Shown: in pieces, positions 13,410 to 28,200 of the stretch | Numbering within the stretch: the stretch's first letter is position 1 | Layout of the letters: the number at the start of each line of letters is the position of its first letter | NCBI RefSeq assembly: GCF_964204645.1 | Contig: NC_134036.1 | Coordinates: 5,672,600 to 5,736,599 of the forward strand | DNA: 64,000 nt | From: Tubulanus polymorphus | Taxonomy: Eukaryota; Animalia; Nemertea | Direction: 5' to 3' | Notes under the pieces: model-generated | The model's input: the letters and a program-made list of their open reading frames with translations, nothing else | Databases searched by the model: none | Told to the model about the DNA's origin: nothing | Made by a program: the position numbers and the translations under genes

Positions 13410-16400
13410 AATACTTACATAAACAACTATCTGCGCTTCATTTTGTTATTCAAATGACAATGAAGGTGTATTAAACTGAATCACATTGAATGATTTCCTC
13501 CGCCTCCAGTGTAGAATTGTTTAAAGATACTATTCGACTGTTCTGGATGCGAGTTTTTTCCACTCAGCCCTTGAGTTTGCCTTTGCAGAGTTTCTAGCAA
13601 AGGACTTGTCCATGCATTGGCAATGCGCGTCGAATATTATATCTAAAACTGTTTGATGTGATTGAATTGACATGGAGATAACAAGAAAATTAATTTTTAA
13701 TAAATTTTCTAACGCCTGCGAAAAAAATGTAGAATTGTTGGGATAAGCTAACGTGGGATTGCAAATTGGAAATCGAAGTTCTAAGACATTTGGGGAAAGA
13801 CGAGATTTAGCGACAGGGTAGCAGGTCGACCGCCACTAGATCCTCTTGAGTCAGGGTTGAAGTACACATTGTCATTTGAAATAGCAAGGGCTTGTTTATG
13901 TTATGCTGTATGAATTACGCATATTTTTAGTATGTTGTGTTTCCTTATTTCAATTGTAACTTTATTGCATTTGGGAATCTTATATGTAATGTCCAACATA
14001 AGGTTCAATAAAGAATTGAATTGAATTGTCACCTGAAACACATGCCATCTGAGGACGCGGAGCCGTAGGCGTTAGGCGTCAAAAAGTGACTTTTTAAGGA
14101 CATAACGTTCAGCTTTTTGCAAACACTTGTCTTTACGTACTCTACTTTATTCGACAAAGCCTTAGTCCTAATACGAAACGCAATTCGGATGATACGGTGA
14201 ATAACAAGAAATACATTATATGCGGAGTAGTACAGTTCATACCACTCCAAGGGGTATTATATCTGTTTCAGTAGATATTGCTTTGATGTTTGAATATCGT
14301 AGTTAGTTTTTTTGCCAGGTCATTTGCAGTTAAGGCAACGCGTAAGTGTAGACTTTTCCTAATTCGAAACAAATGAAACTAGACGTTTTTACCAGTCATC
14401 GTCTCTTTAAACCTAATAAATCTTCGCAGGTTTTGTATATTTCATGTATCTCCGATGCCCAACACAGTGAATGTTTTTTTTTGTTGTTGAAAATTCCGAG
14501 ATCTAATGGCTAGATAAATATTTAGCAACTCCCCAAACCTTGTAAGTAGTTTGTACGTAAACGTCCTGGGCACATATCTATTAAATTAATTTTTTGAGGT
14601 ACATTCCGAGTGTTGTAACTCTTAACTGGTTTTCTTAGTTCAAAGCGAATTTTCAAGGACAATTCCGAGCTACAAACTCGAAATAAACTATTTTTCGAAA
14701 AAATCTTGAAAAATCACCTTTAACTGAGAAATTAGTTTATTCCGGTTTAAAAACTAGGAATAAACATCCAAAAGTCCGGCCCGGCGTTTTAAAATTCCCT
14801 CCGTGGTCAAACTCGAAGATGGCCGAATCCGATTAGATATTTGAAGAGAAAACGTCCAGGATGCGAGTTCAATCGTGAATCAAGACGAGGTAAAACTTCG
14901 CTACGCGTCGCACCAGAAGAGTAAACATGTAAATCCCGCATTAAAAGAGCCGAAAAGCACAAAATATCGCCAGGTTGAGATCTATCAAAAATCCGAATCA
15001 ATCATTGCTGACGATTGATTTTAGCGGAACCGAAAATGCGGATATTCAATAAATTTTAACTTCACGATATTGAAAAGCTTTTCGGCTTTGTGATTGTGTG
15101 ATCTCCATTTTTAATTATGAATCATGATCCGCTTCGTCGTACTTGGTTAAGATTCCATTGGGTTTTATTAAAAATAATATATCGAAAATGAAATGGAATA
15201 ATTTTTGAGTATAAGACTCACGCGATGAAAGGGAATGTACTTCTTCGGCCAATTTTTTTTTATCGGCATCACATTTGACCCAGGGGGTAATTCGCCTAAT
15301 AAATGTATAGTTAAGTGAACCGTATTCACCCCGGAATAATTCCAATTCAAGTCAACGACAACTTAGATTTAGCAATTTCAGAAAAGCATTCTTAAGGGTG
15401 TATCCGACGAATAAGGAAAATACAGTTAATTTCCCTGTTTTCGGCTTAAATTTGAAGTAGACGAAAACTTGTTTTCTTTGAATTGAAGCCACGGGAATCA
15501 CTTTACCTGATTTTCAAGCAGGCTTAGAATTTGTGTATCAATCTACTTTGGAACTTTTCTTTTAATCCACATTTGCAGACATTATGAACGAACTACTTAC
15601 TGCTGGTGCGTTACTAGTCAGAATTTAGTGCGAGGATTTTACGATATCTCGCGTAAGAATGATATCCGGAAATGCCTGAACATATAAGAAATTAATTCTA
15701 GCCTGTTTGAAATATAATTGCCATAGATATTACCAACCCGCGGACAGATTTTAATGAACAATTTTGTTTTTTGCTCGGAGATGGTCATTAATGGGAGATT
15801 AATCGTTTTTTAGTCAGAATGAAAACTAACGACACAACGGAGAAAAATATCTATTTCACTATCGGAACAACGAGATGCTCTGATATTCAAATTCGAACAC
15901 AAACTGATGGAAATAACTGCCTTTACCTTTAGGTTCATCTTCCATTTCTGTCGATGTGAGTAGCAGTTGTACCTGTCGAGAGAGCCCGATTACTGTACTA
16001 CGTATTGCGACGGCATTGCTTCACTTTTCTTCTTTTCGGTCAGTACCTGGATAGAAATAGCAAAAAAACACGATCTTAGACATTAATGTGTGGTAGTTGT
16101 TAAGGGGAACATGACAAAGTCGTAGCTTACTAAAGCAAAGTTAAATTCTACTCTATAAAGTTGAATCATTAAACTGACTTTTTAGGATATGGGTCAAACA
16201 GCCAGAGTTCAGCAGTTTTGAGAAAAAAAGAGTCACACGGCGGAGTCTAATCATTGTAAATCGACCGTTTTTTTTTACTGCGACACATTTCTATCGTCAG
16301 TAGAGCTGGGTTCCAAAGCGATTTAACGTACTCAACTGAATGGTTGAAGAAATTCAATCCATTTCCAACCGATTTTTGAGAAACCGGGCCCAGGGCAGTT

Positions 16401-17211
16401 TTCAAAACTTCATCCGAAATTAATAAGGTCAATTCTGAATATTAGATAACTAAAAACTTCATATCTATATGTCTCGGGGTGGGGGTTAGTAATGTATTAG
16501 GTGGAGTTAGTTTCTCAAGATGTTTGAAAAAAATAATTGAAAATAAAAATAACCGGATGCGCTCTGCTTCATTGTTTGGAGGTTTGAGATTTCGTTGCTT
16601 TTGTCGAAAGTATTGGAAATGAAATGAAACAAAATAAGCTCGATTCTAGGGTTAGACTTGGAATGTGATTCTTGACAACTGAGGCTTTTACCACATTCAG
16701 ATCATTCCCTAGTAGAACATTTCTCGACATATTTGCTGACGTCTAAGAACTTCTCAATCATTCGACTTTTGTGGACATTATGACCTTGCTATTGCCAGTG
16801 CGTTACTAGTCGAGATGATGTGTTCTATACACACACGCAGTACATCGGCAAGCATGTTAATATATCACATGAAGAGCTAATATTAAAAAAACAGCTTAAC
16901 GTAAAGAAAATGATTGGAACATTTTTGAAATATAATTGGACATGGATATTAACGACGCGTGGTGAAATTAAACGGGCAATTCTCGCTCGGCGATTGTAAT
17001 TACTGGGAATTTAAACGATTTTAAATCAGAGCGAAAACTACTGGAAAAGCGGATGAAAATCCATTTGAAAAAATGGATTTCTAATGTTGCTGAGCGAAGC
17101 AAATAATTCATTTCGTGTAAGAAATCTAGAATTCTGCAACATTTATGAATAGAATTTGAAGGCGTGTGGACAACAGAGCAGAATTTAGGTAGCGTTCATT
17201 CTACCGCAGTG

Positions 17212-20200
17212 ATGTTGTTCGGTATAGAGCAGCGACTGAGAGCGCTGTTTATAGCGTCGCTGATCGTCTGTCAAGTTCGCATCGCGCGCGCTGATCGCGC
17301 AGACTCTATCGAGGAATGGTCTGTGACGGTAAATTCGTCTTGTAACAGTACGTGGTACCCGCTAGATTCTACGTCCGGTTACATCGTTTCACCGAATTAC
17401 CCTTCGTTAACGCGCGGTGTTGAATGTCGTTGGATCGTCAACGGCTCTTTGCCGGGAACTTTTCACATCCAAGTTTACCACGAGATCGAGCTGTCAATAT
17501 TCTGTGGTGATAACTACCTTCTCGTCCACGAGTCTGATATCAGGTTGTGCGGTGATGGAAAACATGAATTTCGCCGTAACGATTCGATCCCGTTGATGTT
17601 TAGAAGTAACGTCGACGGTGCGCGAGGTAGTCGGATTTATATCATATATCGTTATGAACGAAGTCAATGTCGAATCACTCACAACTGTAGATACAACCCC
17701 GATTTAAAAAGACTACACTCCTCAACTGGTTATAAATTTTACATGGCCATTAATAATCGTTGCAAAGTGTTTGTGGAATGGATCGGAATATTACACGATT
17801 ATGGGATGAATCTCACATTTAGTCAGATCATGTTCGAATACAATCGAAGACCTCAATCAGCGACCATTGAAATCCTCGACAGATGGAGCAACAGCAGTAA
17901 GCCTATAGCTCTTATACGAGAACAAGCGGGTCATCCGCCTTCATCGTTTTATACTAAAACAAATAATGCAATCATCTTTCCGACACTAAAATACATTCCA
18001 CTTAAATGTAAGCTTTTAGTACAGTTGTACAAAATATCAGATTGGAATGTCTCTAATCCGTTGATTCAGATCTCTAATAACGAGTCGGGAGTGCTCATTC
18101 CCGATGATAACAGTTTACACGTAATAACTCGATCGAAACACTTACACTGCTGGTCTATCACAGTGCAGGTGTTACAGTACGTCGTCTTCAACTGGTCACG
18201 AATAGAAATGAACTTTAAAGTGGGATCACTATCGATAAAAGATGTACACGTCACTTATCATTGGAAATCGGTGAGTATAAATTCAAATGGTCGTTTGTTG
18301 GAATGAATGTTACTTGTAAATTCTAAATCTAAATATCAACTGACATCATAGATTTTATATTTACAGATTCCAAATTTAAAATCCCGCGAGATCTTCCCGT
18401 CATCGAAGAAAACGATACCAACGTATCGCATAAATATAATAGTATTTAAAAGGAAAGTTGATATTTCTGAAGAAAATATGGAACTGACTGTTTTATCAGA
18501 GAACTGCGAGCGAGCTGGATTTTATATATTTGATGGTGGCAATTTCAAAGCTAGACGATACGGTCCGTATTGTCCTCGTTTAAAGACATACGACCGTAAC
18601 GTCGTCAGTCTGATTACATCAGGTGGATCGGTTACTGTAGTAGGATACGCTTATAACTGGGACGGTCAGTTAACAGTCGGTAAGAAATCATATCTCAGAT
18701 TTCGTCCTACCGACTGTGACGGGGAACTTTTAAAGGAGGGAGAACGTCAGATCAATATGACGTCACACTGTCTCGTGATTACACCCGAAAACCGACGGCT
18801 TCGCTTGAAAGTAATGTACATATTATCAGAACATGAATATCGAATTGACCGATGCTATGCTGATCAGTCGCGATCGTGTCCGTGGGGATTCAGAATAGTC
18901 AGTAAATATATCACTGACAGCATCGTGTTCACCACAGTATTCATGGGCAGTGGACGTTTGTTCCGGACGTCTCCACTAATGGTTAAACTACGTCATAAAT
19001 GTCTCGGATCGAAAAAACCTGTCGATTCATTTTTTGATTTTCAGATGGGCAAAGACCGGGCAAATTCAATTGACGATGCATGCGGACTGGTTGAATCACC
19101 GGACTACCCGGCAAGGGCACAACGTATATACTATCAACCTTCATTCTACAAATTTACAAACGTTATTGAGCGCGAACAAAAATTTTATCATTACAGATTT
19201 ATAATCAAATCTATAGAATCGATCAGTTGCGAAGCAAGTCTGCTTAAAGATAACAGCCCGATACTTTTCATTCAAGAGATTGATTTTCCGGTGATAGTTA
19301 TTCATCGTATCACAATATGCGGAAATATGGCAACGAATGAACTCGTATTTTATAGTTTATCTGAAAAACATTTTTATTTTGAAATAAAATACAAAATTCC
19401 AAAATTTCAAATACAATACGTCTTACGCCAGTCGTCAGCGATCGAGTATTCCGATGGCGTGCAATGTGATACCGGATTTCTAGATTCGAGATTTTCATGC
19501 GTAAAATACATCAGAGATGAACGTCTGAATTGGGAGAATGCTGAATTGTACTGTAGACAGAAGTACGCGGGACATCTACTCAGTATCAACTCAGAACAGG
19601 AAATGATTTCTGTCAAAGCATTATTCGCAACAGAACTTTTACGACAGGCGTATTCACAGAAAGCGCTCATAATGATGATTGGGTTAAAACTGCAGGTAAA
19701 TAAATACAATGTATAAATGTAAATACACTTATATAACTACCGTAAATTTTTGGTTTTTTGTAATTTTGTATAAATATATTCATATTTTCAATCATTTCAA
19801 GCCTACAACTAGCCATTACACGTGGACTGACGGGAAACCATTGAGTTACGCAGAGTGGTATAAACCTACAAATAACGACACGATACCAGAAGTTATTCAA
19901 GGATTGATATCTTCTATTAGAAGACAACCGATAAATGACGGGAATATGCCGTGTACGGCGATGATACTGAATAATCCTCGTGGATCAGCGAACTGGGTTC
20001 GATTCCCGTGTGAAGTGGTTGAAGTTCATACGGGCTTCATGTGTGAATCGAACAGAGACGATATCGATGATTTGCAGAATTCAATTGAAAATAAAACAGT
20101 TAAAACATCAGATTCATTAAACAAAGACACATATTTTATACGAAGAAATATATTGCAAGATGCGGCTTTCTACAACTCGAGCTGTACGATTGGTTGGGTA

Positions 20201-23074
20201 AGCATAGATAAACAGTGCTATCAGATACTGACAGATTGGAACAAACATCGAGGTTTAGATATAAAAGCTGCAACAGAGATGTGTCATAGCATCCGTAGTG
20301 AAAAAGGCGAAATAACCGGTTACACAGAAAATGAAACAATGAACCTAATAAGAACATTTCACTATGAACATCAATATGGCTCTATACTGACAGTGACTAA
20401 TGTCAGACTGCTCGTTATAAACCCAATAATCACTAGAGATGAAATAACTTATATTCAATCAGTTAAATGGACGATGAAACAGTTTGATAATGCGACAGAT
20501 ACAGCGCATTCTGTTTTGTGTTCATACAATGTAACTGATGAAGAGTTAGCTTCTATAAGCGGTTGTAAATCGTGGCAGTTTAAATGTAACGATCAAAGAT
20601 GTATCAGCGACCATCGCGTATGTGATACCAGACACGACTGTCAACACGGTGAAGATGAACTCAATTGTACGGATATCAATTTACACAGCCAGTTTAAATG
20701 CAATGATGGTCAGATTATATCAATTAGTGGTTTCTGTGATTTCATACAGGATTGTGTGGATGGATCTGATGAGAAATCTTGCATTCATCCCACGTGTTTG
20801 TCCGCACAATTTCGCTGTATCAGCGGGCAGTGCGTCAGTAGGACTGACAGATGTGACGGATTGACTAACTGTAAAGACGGTTCTGATGAAATGGGATGCA
20901 CCACCCAACTGTGTCAGGGGTTCCTGTGTATCAATGGGGACTGTATCAGTTCTCAGTTATATCAGGATGGTGTCGTGGATTGTAGTGGAAGCCTCGAAGA
21001 AGATGAATTAGTAACAAATACTAATGTTACAGTGAATCCTACGGTTCATTGCAATGATGAAAACCACTGCACAACTAACTTCACAAATCTCTGTACGAAA
21101 TCTTATGAACAAAGATGTTCTTTTAATTCTCCTAATTGTTATTCAAGACGTCACAGATGTATTCTAGAAAGAATGTCAAATGGTTTCCCAGTTTGTAGAA
21201 ATCTTGAGCACGTATTGAGATGTGAAGAATTTGAATGTCCAGCTGGTACTGTAAAATGTCCTGCATCGTACTGTATACCGATCAGACAGGTGTGCGACGG
21301 TCAATCAGATTGTCCTAATTCGGAGGATGAACAAAATTGCGATACAATATTATGTCCCGGGATGTTTAAATGTGGTCAGGAAAATCGGTGCATTCCACAA
21401 TCTGACGTTTGTGACGGTTTCAAAAATTGTAAACATACAACTGATGACGAGGCTTTCTGTAACATCACGTGTCCTATAGGCTGTGGGTGCCAAGGTCATT
21501 TGGTCAATTGTGAAAATATTGGCTTCACAAATATTACTGGTCTTTTCTCGGCATCAACTCGAGTTTTGCTTTTGTCGAGCAACCAAATTCTTTTTAACAA
21601 GTCGACATTCCATTTACTCAACTATGTCTACGTTCTCAACATCTCCTCCAATGAATTGTTTCATATTTTACCCGAGTCGTTCTCATCCCTGCATAATTTA
21701 CATACATTAGACCTTAGAAATAACAACATCCCACTCTTGTACACGGATACTTTTATCGGTTTGTATAGTTTGAAAGAGTTATTCATAACTGAAAATCCAA
21801 TACGTCATTTAGCGGACGATGCATTCCAAGGATTGAACTCGCTGAATGTTCTTAATCTTCATGGATTTTCCTTATTTTTGCTTGGTAAAAATGTATTTCG
21901 AGGTTTATCTACATTACAGTCATTGAATATCAGCAACAACGGAATCAATCATATTTCACGATATGCTTTTTCGGGATTAAGAGAACTTAAAGTTCTCGAT
22001 ATGACCAAAAACTCTAAATTCATTTTCAAAGAAAGAGGCGTTTTCGACAATATGACATCATTAGTCTTCTTAGCGTCTGATGCCTACACATTTTGCTGCA
22101 TGGCTCCGAATGTTGACCAATGCCTTCCCGAAGCTGATCAATTTTCCTCCTGTTCTGATCTGATGGGTAACACAGTCCTCAGAGCTATCATTTGGGTGAT
22201 CGCTGCGTTCAGTTTCTTCGCAAACAGTATTGTCATTTTATTTCGTCTTCGATCAATTCGACTTTCATCCTCCGAAAAACGCAACACATCCTCTGACATC
22301 ATAATTATCAATATCGCAGCTTGTGATTTTCTGATGTCGATTTATTTGTTTTTGATCGCTGGAGCTGATTACGTTTTTACAGGAGTTTATTACCTAAATT
22401 CTGAAACTTGGACGGACAGTTCATTGTGTCGTCTGGCTGGAGTTACGGTCACTTTTTCCTGTGAAGGCTCATTGACATTTCTCTTTATTCTAACGCGTCA
22501 TAGGTTCTCAAATATCGTTAATCCATTTTCTGGAAGCCCGATTACATCTCCGAGATATGTATCCATTATTTGCTGTATATGCTGGTTATCTGTTGGTACT
22601 ATTTCTATAATACCACTGTCAACATTATCTTATTTCGGGAACAACTTTTACGGTACTACTGGAGTTTGTTTACCTATGAATTTGATTTCAATCGATGTTA
22701 AAGCCTGGCAATATTCATTCGCTATTTTCGCCATGTTTAACTCAGGGATTCTTGCTGCGATAATGGCGACTTATGCGCAAATGTACAGACTCGTTTCCGG
22801 AAGCAGGTCTGGTTCGGGTAGAGTTGATCCTACCGAACTAATTTTGGCACGTCGGAGTTTGGTGATAAATCTTTGCAATCTATTTTGCTGGCTGCCGTTG
22901 ATCATCGTTCAGTTTTGCGCGGTATTACGGGTAGAAATACCGAATCAGGTGGCGGCTTGGCTGGCGGTTCTTTTCTTACCGATCAACTCGTCCCTCAATC
23001 CCCTTCTTTACACAATACTGACCATTGATATGAAATCCGTACGAGCACAAATTAAACGCGGACACAAGAAATAG
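17212..23074 (+). CDS. GRL101-like LGR-type GPCR, copy 3 (~1886 aa; 57-aa in-frame deletion in exon 1)
   Basis: Exons 17212-18270, 18367-19695, 19802-23074. Near-identical to copy 2 except for a 171-bp deletion (junction near 18195) and scattered substitutions. Confidence 0.9.
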
Positions 23075-25217
23075 AACACTTACATAATCAACTATCTGCG
23101 CTTCATTTTGTTATTCAAATGACAATGAAGGTGTATTAAACTGAATCACATTGAATGATTTCCTCCGCCTCCAGTGTAGAATTGTTTAAAGATACTATTC
23201 GACTGTTCTGGATGCGAGTTTTTTCCACTCAGCCCTTGAGTTTGCCTTTGCAGAGTTTCTAGCAAAGGACTTGTCCATGCATTGGCAATGCGCGTCGAAT
23301 ATTATATCTAAAACTGTTTGATGTGATTGAATTGACATGGAGATAACAAGAAAAATAATTTTTAATAAATTTTCTAACGCCTGCGAAAAAAATGTAGAAT
23401 TGTTGGGATAAGCTAACGTGGGATTGCAAATTGGAAATCGAAGTTCTTAGACATTTGGGGAATGACGAGATTTGGCGACAGGGTAGCAGGTCGACCGGGC
23501 TAAATCCCGGGGCTGCCACTAGATCCTCTTGAGTCAGGGTTGAAGTACACATTGTCATTTGAAATAGCAAGGGCTTGTTTATGTTATGCTGTATGAATTA
23601 CGCATATGTCTAGTATGTTGTGTTTCCTTATTTCAATTGTAACTTTATTGAATTTGGGAATCTTATATGTAATGTCCAACATAAGGTTCAATAAAGAATT
23701 GAATTGAATTGTCACCTGAAACACATGCCATCAGAGGACGCGGAGCCGTAGGCGTAAGGCGTCAAAAAGTGACTTTTAAAGGACATAACGTTCAGCTTTT
23801 TGCAAACACTTGTCTTTACGTACTCTACTTTATTCGACAAAGCCTTAGTGCTAATAGGAAATACGAAACCACAATTCGGATGATACGGTGAATAACAAGA
23901 AATACATTATATGCGAAGTAGTACAGTTCATACCACTCCAAGGGGTATTATATCTGTTTCAGTAGATATTGCTTTGATGTTTGAATATCGTAGTTAGTTT
24001 TTTGCTAGGTTATTTGCAGTTAAGGAAACGCGTAAGTGTGGACTTTTCCTAATTCGAAACAAATGCAACTAGACATTTTTACCAGTCATCGTCTCTTTAA
24101 ACCTAATAAATCTTCGCAGGTTTTGTATATTTCATGTATCTCCGATGCCCAACACACTGAATGTTTTTTTTTGTTGTTGAAAATTCCGAGATCTAATGGC
24201 TAGATAAATATTTAGCGACTCCCCTAACCTTGTAAGTAGTTTGTACGGAAACGTCCTGGGGACATATCTATTTGATTAATTTTTCGAGGTACATTCCGGG
24301 TGTTGTAACTCGGAATTAACTGGTTTTCTTAGTTCAAACTGATTTTTTAAGGTTAAATCCGAGCTACAAACTCGATATAAACTAGTTTTCGAAAAAATCT
24401 TGAAAAATCACCTTGAACTGAGAAATTAGTTTATTCCGGGTTACAAACTAGGAATAAACCTCCAAAAGTCCGGTCCGGCTCTGCTTCATTGGAGGTTTGA
24501 GATTTCGTTGCTTTTGTTGAAAGTATTGGAAATGAAATGAAACAAAATAAGCTCGATTCTAGGGTCAGACTTGGAATGTGATTCTTCGGGTCGGTTTTGT
24601 GGACCGGGTGAAATTTAGCCCGGGAGGGGGGGGGGTAACTCAATCGGTGTATAGTTGAGTGAAGCCTGACAACTCAGGCTTTTACCACATTCAAGACATT
24701 CCCTAGTTGGACATTTCTAGACATATTTGCTGACGTCTAAGAACTTCTCAATCATTCGACTTTTGCGTGGACATTATGACCTAGCTATTGCCAGTGCGTT
24801 ACTAGTCGAGATGATGTGTTCTATACGCACACGCAATACTTCGGCAAGCATATTAATATATCACACGAAGAGCTAATGTTAAAAAACAGCTTAACGTAAG
24901 GAAAATGATTGGAACATTTTTAAAATATAATTGGACATGGATATTAACGACGCGTGGTGAAATTAAACGGGCAATTCTCGCTCGGCGATGGAAATTACTG
25001 GGAATTTAAACGATTATATATCAGAGCGAAAACTACTGGAAAAGCGGATGAAAATCCATTTGAAAAAAGTGGATTTCAAACGTTGCTGAGCGAAGCAAAT
25101 AATTCATTTCGTGTAAGAAATCTAGAATTCTGCAACATGTATGAATAGAATTTGAAGCGTGTGGACAACAGAGCAGAATTTAGGTAGGGTAGGAATTGCG
25201 TTCATTCTGTCGCAGTG

Positions 25218-28200
25218 ATGTTGTTCGGTATGGAGCAGCGACTGAGAGCGCTGTTTATAGCGTCGCTGATCGTCTGTCAAGTTCGCATCGCGCGCGCTGA
25301 TGGCGCAGACTCTATCGAGGGATCGTCTGTGACGGTAAGTTCGTCTTGTAACAACACGTGGTACCCGCTAGATTCTACGTCCGGTTACATCGTTTCACCG
25401 AATTACCCGTCGTTAACGCGCGGTGTTGAATGTCGTTGGTTCGTCAACGGCTCTTTACCGGGAACTTTTCGCGTCCAAGTTCACTACGATATTGAGTTAT
25501 CAATATTCTGTAGTGATAACTACTTTCTCATCCGCGATTCTGATAACAGATTCTGTGGCGATGGAAAACATGAAATCCGCCGTAACAGCTCGATCTCGTT
25601 GATGTTTAGGAGTAACGTCGACGGTGCGCGAGGTAGTCGGGTTTATGTCACATATCGTTATGAACTTAGCCGATTGAGAATCACTCACAACTGCGGTAAA
25701 AAAAAATTGATGCTAATCAAACTACACACTTCGACTGGTTATAAATTCTTCACTAGAGCAGAACCTGATTGTCAGATGTTCATCAAATGGGTCGGAATTT
25801 CGCGTGGTTATGCGTTGAATCTCACATTTATTCAGATGATTTTTAAATCAAGACGCAATCCCCCAAAACCTATTCAAATCAATGAAGGTTGGAACAGAAA
25901 CAATGAACCGATAGCTGTTATACGAGAACAATCCGGACATCCAGCTTTATCGTTTTATACCAAAACAAACAAAGCCGTCATCTCTTTGCTAAATCCGTTA
26001 TTTACACTTCAATTCATGCTTTTAGTCCAGACGTACAAAATATCAGATTGGAACGTCTCTAATCCGTTGATTCAGATCTCTAATAACGAGTCGGGAGTGC
26101 TCATTCCCGATGACAACAGTTTACACGTAATAACTCGATCAAAACACTTACACTGCTGGTCTATCACAGTGCAGGTGTTACAGTACGTCGTCTTCAACTG
26201 GACACGTGATCTCGCCATATCCGGTGACGTCATTGGTATATATAAACAAGAAGGGTTACGCGTTGTAGGAACTGATATTCTACTCGGTTACAACTACCTG
26301 GAATCGCTGAGTGTCAAATCTGAAGGTTTTCTTGTCATACTGTGCGTCTTAATAAACAGGGAACTAACAGAATCACCGATAGATATGCACTTCAATGTGA
26401 GATCACTATCTGCAAAAGATGTATACGTCGCTTATCATTGGAATCTGGTGAGTAGGAAGTCAAATCGTTTTTTCAAATCCATCAGTAATAATCCTGAATT
26501 ATAATTTGACATGTAGACAATATATTTACAGGAAAAATTTCAACACTCCTGGATCGTATCTCCGGGATTGATTTTCCCACCATCGAAGACAGGGATATTC
26601 AGGTACAGTGTGAATACAATAATATTCGAACAGAAAGTTGATATTTATGAAGATAATATGGAACTAACAGTTTTATCAGAGAACTGCGAGCGAGCTGGAT
26701 TTTACATATTTGACGGTGGTAATTTCACGGCTAGACGATACGGTCCGTACTGTCCTCGCATGAAGACCCCATACGACCGTAACGTCGTCGGTCTGATTGC
26801 ATCAGGTGGATCGGTTACTGTTGTAGGATACGCTTATAACTGGAATCGCAAGTCAGTATTCAATGGTGGACTTTTAAGGTTTCGCCCTACGGACTGTGAC
26901 GGGTATGTTTTAAAGGAAGGAGAACGTCAGATCAATGTGACGTCTCACTGTCTGGTGATTACACCCGAAAACCGACGCCTTCCTTCGAGAAACGTTTATA
27001 TATTATCAGAACACGAATATCGAATTGACCGATGTTTTTTCGATGCGCCAACAACTTGCTTCAAAAAGTTGAAAATGAGCACTAAAGTTCTCAGTCAGGG
27101 CGTCGTGTTAAACACGGTATTTGTAATTAAAGGGAAGCCGTTTCGCACGTCACCGCTTATTGTAAGACTGCGTCATAAATGTCTAGCATCGAAAAGACCT
27201 GTCGAAACATTACAACCAAAAAGGGGCAAAGATCGTAATCTATCAGTAGATGAATGCGGATTGGTTCAATCACCCAACTACCCAGCATGGACAGAAAAAA
27301 CCAAAGTCACTTTATACTATACATTTAAAAACATGCGGAGACCAGGAAAGGAATTCGAATATTACAGATTCATCATCAAATTCATTGAATATGTTAGTTG
27401 CACAAAAAGCCTAGCTCATCAAAAAGATTCAGTAATTTTTATTCAACGAATGCTTTCCACAGGCATTTTGATTCGACGCGAAATATGCGGAAATATGGCA
27501 ACGATAGGACTTGTATTTCATAGTGTACACAATAATGATATGTATTTTGAAATAAAAAATTATGTTGCTATATTTCGAATTCAATACATTTTACGCCAGT
27601 CGTTCTCGATGGAGTATTCCAAGGGTGCTCACTGTCATCGAGGATTTCTATATTCGGGTATTTCATGCGTAATATACATCAGAGATCAACGTCTGAATTG
27701 GGAGAATGCTGAATTGTATTGTAGACAGAAGTACGCGGGACATCTACTCAGTATCAACTCAGAACAGGAGATGATTTCAATAAAAACATTATTCGCTACT
27801 AAACTTCGTAAACAAGCATATTCACAGAAGGAGCACATAACAATTATTGGGTTGAAATTGCAGGCAAGTTCATAACACTATTTTCAAGTTTCCAAAATTG
27901 ATATGGCATATTTTTCTTTTTCAATTTGTTTTATTTCCAGATCACAACAGGTCATTATATGTGGACAGATGGGAAACCATTGAGCTACACAGAGTGGTAT
28001 AAACCTACAAACAACGACACGATACCAGAAGTTATTCAAGGATTGATATCTCCTCTCAGAAAACAACCGATAAATGACGTCAATATGCCGTGTACGGCGA
28101 TGATACTGAATAATCCACGAGGATCAGCGAACTGGGTTCGATTCCCCTGCGAAATCGAAGAGGCTCACACGAGTTTCATGTGTGAAACTGAAAGAATCGA

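Noticed and set aside
15922-16050. Exon-like - strand segment with acceptor and donor
   Set aside because: All three frames contain stops.
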